Assembly: GCA_965153285.1 (NCBI GenBank)
Contig: OZ229112.1
Direction: 5' to 3' (one strand)
DNA from: Podarcis tiliguerta
Lineage: Eukaryota
Length of the DNA stretch: 64,000 nucleotides
Shown: positions 51,001-61,723 of the stretch, one piece after another
Layout: each line of letters opens with the position of its first letter
Numbering within the stretch: position 1 is the first letter of the stretch
Position numbers and translations under genes: made by a program
The notes under the pieces: generated by a model
What the model was told of the DNA's origin: nothing
What the model saw: only the letters and a program-made list of their open reading frames with translations
Databases searched by the model: none

Positions 51001-51269
51001 GCAACACAGGCTTTATTGGAATGTGGAAGAGGAATGTGCAAAATGATATGTATTCAGTTTGACTTCTATTAGCTTATAAGAAAATCCAGATTCAGACTTT
51101 TTCCTCTCTTTTTTTACCACAGAGCTAACAAGTGCTGGAGCTTTTGCATGCAGTGTGTGTGTGAATGCACTTTATTATTATCAAAAAGGCATCCCAGCTT
51201 CAATCGTAAAATTACTAAAACACTAACTTAATAACAGAAAATAAAGATAAACACCAAGAAGAGCAGTAA

Positions 51270-51270
<1 letters not shown>

Positions 51271-51308
<38 letters not shown>
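51271..51308. repeat. (TG)n(AG)n compound microsatellite
   Basis: Seen directly. Confidence 0.95.
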
Positions 51309-52646
51309 CATGTTGCATGGACAACAAATCATTCAGAGGCAAATCACAATAGTGTCAGCTTTATTTGGTAGGGAAGTTTTGATAAGTAGAAAAATTCACA
51401 ACATGGACCATCTACTGCTAGGGGTGGGTTGGGGAATCCTCTGGCCTGTAGGCCTAATTAGACTTTTCCACAAGGCCATTTCACCCAAGTCACATCCACC
51501 TGCTTCATCCCTGGCATTGTGCATAATGTCAGGTGCGAGGCAGGTAAGGGAAGGGCTTGGTGAAAAGGGTATTTGTAGGAAGTAGCTGTCAGCTGATTGG
51601 TGGTGCTTGCAAAGTCCATTTCAAAATGCAGGGCAGCATGATGTTTTGAGAGGGGAGTCTCAAGACATCTGCAGAAGCCCCTCTCAGAGTTCTCTACCTT
51701 AGCCTGAATTATCAGTGGGGGTTCTGAAGATCCAACAATCATCCAGAGAGCTGACAGTCAGCGTTGAAAGCACTGCACAAAATGGTGCTTTGAAAGGGGC
51801 TTTTGAACACCCCTATGATGTTGGGTGATTGACAGGTGAGCAGCTCCAACCCCCTGTCAAGCTGGACCTGGGTGGGGTGAGGGAGATAACAATCCAGCCC
51901 ACCAGGCTAGTAGGGTTCTGCATCCTTGATCTATGGAGACACCAGAGGATCAATTTGCTACAAAGCATGCAAACTGCCCCTCTGTCTCAAAGGTCAAGTC
52001 TTTCACAAGAACTTTTTGTTGCTGTTATTTTCCGAGCAGTGACACAGATGGATTGTTTCCTGCTGCCAGTGGAAGTAGGTTCTAAATATTAACTGGGAGT
52101 TCTTAGCCAGCTATGCAACTTTTACATTCTGACAGCACAACTGAAGTCAGAAATGCCAACCAGTCAAGGGGTTTTTCCTCACAGAAAAAAATAGCTTCCC
52201 TTTCCAGGCAGGCTTTTCTTTTTGGCAATGATAAAAGAGGGGAAAGGATCTCTGAAAATAACTGCTGATAATTATGCCAACTGGGTTTTTACTCCTGTGC
52301 CAATTGCTAGAGTGCCCATTAAAACTGACAAAACAAAGCAAAACTTTTGGGGAAGGGGGAGGCAGATGTTTGTATTTATTCAGCTGTAACTTGTTTTCTA
52401 ATGTTGATTAATGACATGCATTGTTTGTCAAATGTGCTTTAAGGCACTGATGTGAGACGTACAGTGTTAGGCCTAGTAACAAATATCAAGATTAATGAGT
52501 TATGAATTATTACCTCTGATTGCCTCTGCATTTATGTCAGTTAGGATCACATCAAGTATATATCCCTGCCACGTGACGGTGGAAAGAGCCTCTGCATACA
52601 ATGATGCTGTGTTTTGTTAGTTCTCATTATTTCGGAATTCGTGCTA

Positions 52647-52673
52647 TTTAAAATAATCCAGGATTATTTTAAA
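52647..52673. promoter_or_regulatory. Perfect 13-bp inverted repeat with two opposed TAATCC (K50 homeodomain, CRX/OTX-type) motifs; candidate intronic enhancer site
   Basis: TTTAAAATAATCC-A-GGATTATTTTAAA. The palindrome is certain; the regulatory role is inferred. Confidence 0.35.
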
Positions 52674-52900
52674 CTGGTGGGAGAAAATTCGGTAGTAGCT
52701 GGGTTTCCTTTTTTCCTCCTCCAGTGATTTTTCTCTTTTAAAAAGAAAATTAAAAAACTTGTAGACAGACAGCAGTAGGAGCTACAAGACCAAAACACAG
52801 TAACATGGCCTCAACTTTTTTTATCTTAACATCAAACCACAATGCTACAGTTCCTATACAGAGATAATAATTAACCACAGTGAGCTTTTAACTCACAATA

Positions 52901-53142
52901 CAGTGGTACCTCAGGTTACAGACGCTTCAGATTACAGAGGCTTCAGGTTACAGACTCTGCTAACCCAGAAATAGTACCTTGGGTTAAGAACTTTGCTTCA
53001 GGATGAGAACAGAAATCAAGCAGTGGCAGCGCGGTGGCAGCAGGAGGCCCCATTAGCTAAAGTGGTGCTTCAGGTTAAGAACAGTTTCAGGTTAAGAACA
53101 GACCTCCAGAACGAATTAAGTTCTTAACCCGAGGTACCACTG
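52901..53142 (+). mobile_element. Tc1/mariner-type MITE (CAGTGGTACC family)
   Basis: TA|cagtggtacctcaggtta ... taacccgaggtaccactg|TA; one extra gcttcaggttacaga-type unit relative to 42997 and 47684. Confidence 0.95.
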
Positions 53143-54209
53143 TATTTTAAAAGGTCTCTTAATACCTAAACAAATTAGTTAACCCATTTCCTATAACTCA
53201 GCTGTATGAGTTAAACAGCATGAGTTAAATAAATAATTAAAGATGGTGTTACATTGAGTATTGGATTTATTTCAGTCAACTTAACACCAGATTTGTTCAC
53301 CATCTCAGATTCTTTGAATGCCAACCCTATCCGAAGTCCATAGAAAAAGTTTCATATGAATAAAGCCTAGATTTTTCTGTCCAAAACACTAGTTAATGTT
53401 CTTCATGGGGGGAGAGGTGAGAGAGACTGAAGTATTGAAAACCAGGCATAAAATTCAAATGGGAGCAACTGGAACCTCTGAAAAGTTGGTTCTTTGAAGA
53501 GTAAACATGGATTTCAGTTTTATAAGTTTGCAGACATGAAGGAAGCCTTCCATACCTCCCTTCAAGGTAGATTCTTCCCCTGCAAAGGGATTGGTATTTT
53601 ACCCAGTGGAGGGGGTGTTTGTTGTTCATCTGAGTTAATACTTGGTGGGAATTAATTACAGAAGGCTTTCAGAAGGAACAAAGATAGATGACACTGCTGT
53701 TTCAGACTACTGAGACAAAAAGTAAGCTTTTTATTGAATAAAAAAGAGCAAGTGTGTTTTTATTTGTCTGGAAAAAAGGCGATACTTGAAAGCCTAATCA
53801 AACACTTTCATAAACTAAGGATTGCATGACAACAATAAAGAAAGGGATACAGGAGCAATAGAAATTGTGTGTGGAGAGAGCGGGATTTGTGAAGACAATA
53901 AGAATTTGATGCTAGAAAATATATTGGTCCTCATGAGGCCCCAAATATAAGATGTTTGGTGATCAGGGCCAACACAAGACAATACTGTGCTCCCAAATGG
54001 TTTCTCTGAGAGAGATAGCATATCATCTTCTGTGACAATGTATAATATACTCTGACACACACCACTGCACTTCATTGGCATGAATGAAAATATTGGGTTG
54101 GAGCATCACTAACTTTATTCCTACTTATTTCAACAGGATAAAATGTGACCATTATGGTATGATTCCAGTCCAGGTGATCACCTGCATTATTTTTGCATTT
54201 GGGATACCT

Positions 54210-54234
54210 TGCTGCTGCTGCTGCTGCTGCTGCT
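54210..54234. repeat. (TGC)8 trinucleotide repeat
   Basis: Seen directly. Confidence 0.95.
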
Positions 54235-54349
54235 ACCTATTTCACATAGTCAAGAAATGATTTAAAGGCTTGCTCACAGGTTTTCTCACTTCAGTTCAGG
54301 GGAGGAAGTGCGTGTGGACTTGCTATTTCTACTGGGGCATACAGAGTAA

Positions 54350-54550
54350 GGGCTCGTCCACACTTCTGCTTCTCCCATGCTTAGAAAGCATGGGTCCAAG
54401 CAGTTTTCTCCTTGCCCCACTCCTTTTCCAGGGAAAATCTGCTCTTCAGTTCTAAGTTGGAACAAACTGCAGTCCACAGAAAACCTGATTGTCGTTTGCT
54501 CCAGTTGAGCACTAAAGAGCAGTTTCCCCCTGGCAAATATAGATGGCTGT
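54350..54550. mobile_element. Palindromic Harbinger-like MITE remnant
   Basis: TAA|gggctcgtccacac start; arms ccagggaaaatctgctctt...ggaacaaac / gtttgctcc...aagagcagtttccccctgg. Confidence 0.5.
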
Positions 54551-56338
54551 CCACATAGTTGGCTCTCTCCTCCACTGTGCACACTGATGACATATCCCCT
54601 TGAAGTATAGTCACACACCACAGGGGTTAGCAGAGAAACTTTGGGCAACTGCACTAGTAAAATACCCTACTGAAGTCACCTGGATCTGTTCAGTGTCTTC
54701 TTATTCAGGGCATGAGATATTGTCCAATAAAACACCTGTAATATTTCTATCATCTCAGTTTGTGTTGAGATCTCATAGAATTGCTAATTCCAAATGATCA
54801 TTCGACTTTTCAAGGCATATTTATACTCCTTTGGAAGCATGTAGAAGCCTCTCATTGGAAATCTTAGGGAATCTCCTTGGACATCTTAGGAAACTGTTGC
54901 GTAAATCACATCATATGGCATCCAAGTCAACCAAGTAATGGATTCTGGTCTGCCTGGGGCTTGATTAATCTTGTACTGCTGCTTCCTGCTGTGGATTGTA
55001 CAAAAAAGAGAGTTTTCAAGTATTCCATAAGCCACAATACATGGACACCAAGCTGTGTTTTCCTTGGTGTCTCACCAGCTATAGGGGGCTATCCTAAGAT
55101 CTCTTATCAACCAAACCTCATCCTTAGTCAATTGTTATGCTGGTCTTTCACTGTAATAAAGATATGATTGATTAGTCCTTTGCTTTAGTGAATGGCAGTA
55201 ATTATGAGAACTATGATAAAATTACACTGCATATTAACATCAACCTAGCATGTCAATACAGAAATTGGGACTTAAGCGTGGGAGAGAGGAACCCAGGCTG
55301 TTACAAACAAGCACAAGTTGTGAAGTTAAGGGTAAGAACCCTACGGAAAGCACTTCACAGAATCTTTTTTTTCTCTCAAATTGTCAGCAAACTCCCAGGC
55401 ATCCTTCCACTTGGTTCATTTGGCTGAGAAGGTGAAGGCTGGCAGCAGGCTAAGGTTTACATTTCCCCAAATGTCAACCTTATATAACGTGTCAAATTAT
55501 TGGCCATGTTTCAGGGTTGTACTTTGAGAATTAAATCTCCTCAGCTCCTTGTACTTCAAAGGACAATTTTATTGTGATGATTATCATTTTAAGAGTGTCG
55601 TTAGAATAAATACTTGGGGCAGATACTTGCCCTTCTAGTGTATGTTCTGTTGGAAGCAAATGGTAATGGAAAACGTCGTGAATGAATTCACATAATCTTG
55701 CACCATGTACCAGGGATTGTTCAGAAGACCCAATTGCCTCTTTTTTGAACCACTCAGTAGAATTGCAATGGGAAGAAACATACCCTGTAAATATATATAA
55801 GAATATATGCAATAATCTTGCAAAGCAGGCATGGAATGGAAGCAACAGACAACAGGCTTAAATTCCTTGTGCGAGATGCTATTAGACTAAGTCTTTGAGG
55901 TTCCTTGCAATATGGAAAGCTTTGTACATCCTGATAAAAGGACTACTCCTTTATAATGGAGCTCACAATCTGATTTCTATATTAAAAGGAAGTTGGCAAT
56001 TAGTCTGTGGCTGGATATAAAGAATAATAAGAGAATAAAAAGGTAACAAAAAAAATTAGGCAGGTTTGAAAGAAATCAAAAGCGCTGAAAGAAAACCCCA
56101 GACTTGAAACATTTCTGTGTAACTGCTGAAAGCATGAAAGAGCTTTCAGCTTGTCAGATGCATGTTTGATGGAGCTGGGATTTCAAACATCTACTGCATT
56201 TTTATATTCGAGAACAATGCTCCTTTTTATTATTTAGCTAAGGAAAAAGCACTTGTTTCATTTATTTTGCCTGTAGTAGTGCAATTCTTTGAACAGCCAA
56301 CCTATTTCTACCAGCTACAACTTGTCTCTGTACTGCTG

Positions 56339-56341
<3 letters not shown>

Positions 56342-56371
<30 letters not shown>
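56342..56371. repeat. (TG)15 microsatellite
   Basis: Seen directly. Confidence 0.95.
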
Positions 56372-56372
<1 letters not shown>

Positions 56373-56381
56373 AAAAGATTG

Positions 56382-56932
56382 TTATATTTGTACATTAATT
56401 TAGCACTATAGCTTGATACTTTGGTGATATAATGGAAGTGTTCATAGGATGGGATTGCAGTATCACTCTCAATTATGAAGTCTACTCCCCTCCCCCTTTT
56501 AAAAAGAAATACATCAAGATTTGTTCTCTCTCTTTGGTATAGTTCAGCCAGTGGCCTTCATATAATAATGGTCACACTTTGCACTGAATGTGGCTCAGAT
56601 AGTTAATGTGATCCCTTTGAATAGCCGGACCGGCATGGTGGATTTCTACCAGCTGTGTCGTGCCTCTGAACTGCAAAAAATGAAGAAGAAGAAGAAAATG
56701 CTTCTTATTAGAAAAATGTGATTATATTTGTACATTAATTTGGCACATTAGATTTATATTTGGTGATATAACAGAGGTGATTGTAGGATGGGATTGCAGT
56801 ATCACTTTCAGTTACAAAGCCCACCCACATTTCCCCCTCCTCTAATAAGAAATGAATCAAGATTTGCCCTCTCTCTTTAGTATAGTTCAGCCAGTGGCAT
56901 TCATGTAATAGTGGTCACACATTGCACTGAAT
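56382..56932. repeat. Diverged direct duplication of ~210 bp (56382-56589 and 56722-56932; offset ~340 bp)
   Basis: Shared blocks ttatatttgtacattaattt, taggatgggattgcagtatcact, gtatagttcagccagtggc, tggtcacac and ttgcactgaat. Confidence 0.9.
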
Positions 56933-58689
56933 TGTCCTGCAGGTGCTAGAATTATCAGCTGACCTTGCTCTACTTCTTTAAGCCTGCATGTGAGCATTGA
57001 TTAAACGAACGATAAGGTCTGTGATAGATCGATTTTTTTCCACATTTTTAATTTAGGAGGTAAAACATTCTATCACTGCCGAGGCTGAAAATTATGGCTG
57101 AGATAATAGAGGTCTGACTCCAGTTGAAGTTAAAAAGGAAAAAGTTGCCCCTCAAATGTCAAGGCACCTCGTGGTCCAAGATGATTAAAACTAAACTGTT
57201 TGCAATATGAATCCCAAGGTGCTGCTATATCTCAGCTGCCATGACATTTTGCCTGTGACTTTTCATAGCTTGTTAATAATGTATAGCCACCCCAATATAA
57301 ATTTCCAGTGACAGAACTGGCCTGTTAGAGTGGAGTAGTTAACAAGATTTATTCTGCACAGAAAATGCAGATTTGAGTGGGGAGGAAATCAGGACGAATG
57401 TCAAAAGAACTTTTCACTGGGCTATCTTATTTCACGGGAACTCGGAAGCAACGTCTTTCATTTTGATTTGTTACTCTCTTCGGAGCCCTAATTATTAGAG
57501 GGAGAAAAAATATTCTTCCAACCATTTTCTTACTCTTGAGGATTAAGATGCATTCAGACAAATAGGAATCCCAAGCAAATGTAGTAATAGGTCCCTGCCC
57601 ATTTATCTAGACAGAACGTGCCTAGCAAACAGGTAAACGTTTTGGTGCAGGCGTGGTCTCATTAACTTCAATTGCTGTTAATTGCTCCTGAATAACCTCA
57701 ACAAACTCCTGCGTTTGAGGAAGAGTGTTTTTGAGATGGTAGCCTTCAACCTGGCAGTTATACAAATTATTCATAAGCTGTGAAATGTCACCAGAGAGAT
57801 GAAAGGAGATGAGAAAAGGGTACAGGTGAGAAACAGAGACAAAGAACAATGGGCTACAGCAGGATATGGATTAGAATTGGATCGGGGGGAGGTAGTTTGA
57901 CATTTGGAGAGTCGCAGGCCCAATATAAGACTGAAGGGAGTTGTTCAACCAGAAGACAGGTAAGCTTTGTCGATAACCTCTGGATATATGAACATATGAA
58001 GCTGCCCTACAGCTGGGGAAGAGACTCTTTGCTTTCATTCTCAGCCTGATTTGGGGAGCAAATAACGGCTATGGCCATAAGATCTATAGCTTAGAGGTTG
58101 GCGTTTTATCAGTAGAGATGCAAACTTATGTTATAAGCACATTATTGACTAAAAAAATACTTTGGAAATAAAAATCTGTCGCCGTGTTCCCTGTTAAATC
58201 TGCTGTTTTGTGGGATTTCTTCAAAGATGCCTGTACTTTGAATCACCGACCTTCTTCAACTACTCTGGCAGGAGTGTTCTTGCTATAGTACATGCTAAGG
58301 TCAATTAAATGCATACTTGCATTTCCTTTCATTTTTTAATGATCATTCTAAACTCACTGGCAATGCAACTGTTAGAGCAGCAATTTCATCTGACAGTGTT
58401 CCAAAGCAAATATACTCGGAAGCTGAATTCCTACCTACCTCTTATATTGGACACCAGGCACTGCCCTTTAAAATCTCCAACTGAAGTGGGAGATAAAGCT
58501 GCTGTGAGTGTACCTGGATTTGCTGAAAAAAGAAAGATAAGAGGGATTCTTATGGCATCTCACTGCAAATAAATGGATGGTTTTTCCAAGTTTCATATAA
58601 ATATTAAACACTGTGAGTTGGACAGTGCAATGTGGTGAGCCCCACACAGCACATCTCCTGGGAAGAAGCAGAAGCTATGGCATTTCTGG

Positions 58690-58938
58690 CAGGAGCAGCC
58701 CAATCCCGTTTCGCCATCTGAGGTGAAATAGGAAGGCGCTGCCCCACTGTTGCCAAAGCCCTGCCCCCCAAGCCTCCTTTACCTGGATCATGCCACAGTA
58801 CCCACAAAACAGCAATGGTGGGCTACAACAAGATACCATGAGATCTCAGTGGGCAGGGTTCCTGTGAAGGTGCCTCCTCTTGGGGTTCTGCCGCCTGAGG
58901 AAGCTGCCTCTGCCTGCCTCATGTGTGGGCCACCTGGC
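58690..58938. mobile_element. hAT-like MITE remnant
   Basis: GC-rich block from caggagcagccc to gccgcctgaggaagctgcctctgcctgcctcatgtgtgggccacctg. Confidence 0.45.
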
Positions 58939-59481
58939 CATGATCTCTGCCTACTGAGCATACCCCATCTCATCTCACGGAAGTGGAACCATCACAAAGT
59001 GATGCCCTGAATCCATCAAGATATCCCAGAAGAACTTGATGCCTGAAAACATGGAATGCGGTTGAGAAGTCCCACAAAATCAATAGTCCAGCAAAAAAAA
59101 ACAAAAAAACCCATCAACCCACAGGTTACAATAATTTGTGTAGGCCGTCAGATTGTTTTCTGCCACAATGCTGTGTTGTAAAGTAGACTGAAATGGATCT
59201 TAAAAGCAAGTGTCATGTGGTCATGAAAGAGGAAGAGGTTTTCCTCAGTGCAACTTGGCAGCCCATAAGAGTGGTTTCTGGGCCAAGGCTGGTCCTCTCT
59301 AGGATGAACAATGTGAATGTACAAATAACATAATAGGTGGTGGTTATCTAACAAAAAGTAGTCTAAACTAAGATTGAATGTGTCAAAAATATATAAATAA
59401 AACATTTATTCAAGAAAAAAAACCTACTGTACTATACTGCACTATGTTTATATTGTACTATGGAATTTATTAAATCTTTAG

Positions 59482-59606
59482 ATGCCTGGATGGATTCTCT
59501 GGTCAGTTTTGTGAAGCAGACATCAATGAGTGCATCTCATCACCTTGCCAGCATGGCGCCGTCTGTGAAGACCTTATTAATGGATACTTCTGCAGATGTC
59601 AGGAAG
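59482..59606 (+). CDS. EYS: EYS internal coding exon (125 nt, phase 2-1; probably human exon 23 equivalent); absent from the ORF track
   Basis: Acceptor taaatctttAG, donor GAAG|GTAACC. Translates (R)[41 protein letters not shown](G), continuing the frame of 13872-14071 exactly (recalled human [42 protein letters not shown]). Confidence 0.94.
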
Positions 59607-60486
59607 GTAACCACTGAAATGATTTTTTGAATTAAAGCATTTTCATGTCATAAAGGATTTAATTCCTAAAGGACTTTTGAATGCAAGGAACATTCTTTTT
59701 TTACATACCAAGATAAAGCAGCACATACTGGAAATTAAGCTCTGGAGCTAATGCTTTTCTGTAAACAGAAAGTAATTCATTGCGATTGTCTTGCTTCCAG
59801 AGTGATTCTGAGGTGCAAATTGATGTAACCTCTTGATCAAAATAGACACTTTTCAAGGGAAGCCACTGAATGCACTTAAAATATTGTCTGAAGTCCAAAG
59901 GTAGAATGGGGTGTTTTAATTTGCATTTTAAAGTGGTTAATTGTGCCATGGTTTAAACAGAATGATTAAACATTACTGTGAAAGAAAATGGTGGAACAAA
60001 TTGTTTGCACTTTGAGTTAAGACAGTTCTTGGAATTGGACACATCTAATGGGATCGTTTCAGACAGTCTTCTGGCCCTCAAACATATCATCAGGTGGGGG
60101 GGGGAAGAAGTGGCTTTCTGAAAATAAATGCAACTAAATAAAAATGTGCCTAGAGATTAATACCCTTGTTTAGAGCATCCCTGGCATCATGTGCTTCCTC
60201 TCTCCCTTCACTTCCTTGTGTCTTCAGCTTGGCGGGAATGCAAACAACCACACAATTAGTTCTGCCAATTCAAAGGGCTTCTGAACCGCTGTAAGGCAAG
60301 CAACTTACAAAACTGAGGGGGGCTTTCAATAGCATATTGAAATAGCACAAGGGACCTGCAGATCAAAAGTCATGTCTAAGGCAGCTCCTTGGATTCTGGC
60401 TTTCCGTGGCCGTATGCCTATTGGCAGCAATTGACCCTTATTTATGCAGCACACTTGGGATGTGAGGAATCTGTAACCAGGTATGT

Positions 60487-60612
60487 CAGGGGTGCCAACT
60501 TGAATAAAATATTGGGGGGAGGACAGGTAAACCCCACCCCACATAAACGATCATCTGGTGCAGTGCACACACACCATTTGAATGGAACTGCCCCTAGGAG
60601 TCGACTCCTTTG
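60487..60612 (+). mobile_element. hAT-like MITE (same family as 39852-39960)
   Basis: caggggtgccaacttgaataaaatattggggg ... gagtcgactcctttg. Confidence 0.6.
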
Positions 60613-61598
60613 AGATATGTCGACATTTTCATTTTCATCTTAAAGCAGGCTGTAGCAGCTTTAGATATTGAGATTGGAAATATAGCATTGAGGGGAGGGG
60701 ATCCAGTTTCTTCAGAGTCACTGTTCTGATCAAAATGGGAGCTTCCAGTGGCTGCTTTAGAAATGACAGTGTTGATAGTTTGCCTCCCTGTTGCTAGATG
60801 CTTAATGGGCACCACTGAGCCAGCATTAAGCACTTGGAAAGATTAAGAGGAGAGAGATTTAGACACATATGATTAACACTCTTCCATTGAAATCAGTTAG
60901 ATGGGGGGTATATGTTTATTATATAAATATATCTCACATATTGCATGTATGATATATTTGAGACGCATGCTATAGTATTTTTTCTTTCTATCTTGGCTTT
61001 CTGTTCTTAGGGAAACATGCATTTTTTAATTGTTTTTCTAGGACTGCATACAGTCCTAAAAATACAGCAAACAAGAGTTTTTTGTAGGACGTTACTGGTG
61101 CTGTTTAGGTTCCGCATGAACAGGAAACCTCCCCACATGTAGTCAGTATAAAGCTACACATGCCGGCCCTAGGCTCCCCACATCTTCCTCCCTGCCCTCC
61201 GTCCCGCCTCCCCAGTCCTTGACCTTCCTGTGTTGAGCAGAGGTCTGAAGTTTTTGTTTTGTTTGCTCACATTCACTTGAATACCAGCTGAATCCTCTGC
61301 GTTGACCAGGGATCCCTGTAACTTTGGGTTCTCAGTCAGATGGGGCAGAAGGCAAATGTGAGTACAAACTCCCTTCACTTCTCCCTGCTCAACACAGGAC
61401 CAAGCAGCCATGGTGATGCATACTAGGGAACTGGAAAATAGGGACACTTGGTCCGTGTTTTATTTTTTACTATTTTGTTTGAATGGGGCAGGGGAGACAT
61501 ATCAAGAGATTTGGATGTGTACACACACAGAGAGAGACTTTTAACATGGTTTTTACAATAGCAAAGGTCAATGAGATACACTTTTTTCATTCTAACAG

Positions 61599-61723
61599 GC
61601 TGGGAAGGCTTCCGTTGTGAAGAGGATATCAATGAATGTGCATCAAATCCCTGCATGCATGGGATTTGCATCCAGAATGAACCAGGCTTTGGCTACACCT
61701 GTTACTGCAACCCTGGATTTGTG
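61599..61723 (+). CDS. EYS: EYS internal coding exon (125 nt, phase 1-0; probably human exon 24 equivalent); the ORF track shows only other frames here
   Basis: Acceptor cttttttcattctaacAG, donor GTG|GTACGC. Translates (G)WEGFRCEEDINECASNPCMHGICIQNEPGFGYTCYCNPGFV. The NEPG motif matches recalled human CMENEPGSTCLCTPGFM. Confidence 0.9.

Larger units (their letters stand above)
14072..59481 (+). other. EYS: 45,410-bp EYS intron (GT..AG, phase 2)
   Basis: The flanking exons join as ...[16 protein letters not shown]..., giving a correctly spaced EGF C4-x-C5 with no missing residues. Confidence 0.88.

Noticed and set aside
42997-53142. CRISPR-like or prokaryotic repeat system
   Set aside because: The repeats are dispersed TIR elements with TA duplications in eukaryotic intronic DNA; no regular repeat-spacer array or cas genes.
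14072-59481. Intact canonical intronic hammerhead, or a nested host gene, in the long intron
   Set aside because: A manual scan of CTGANGA and CGAAA on both strands found no complete ribozyme, and no multi-exon coding signal was seen; a manual scan can miss cases.
5919-61723. NOTCH, CRB1/CRB2, SNED1 or fibropellin-like identity for the EGF exons
   Set aside because: The CAEPxLNSxxC...DGPGxTF and NEPG repeats, and the exon sizes 172/79/200/125, match my recollection of EYS rather than those genes.
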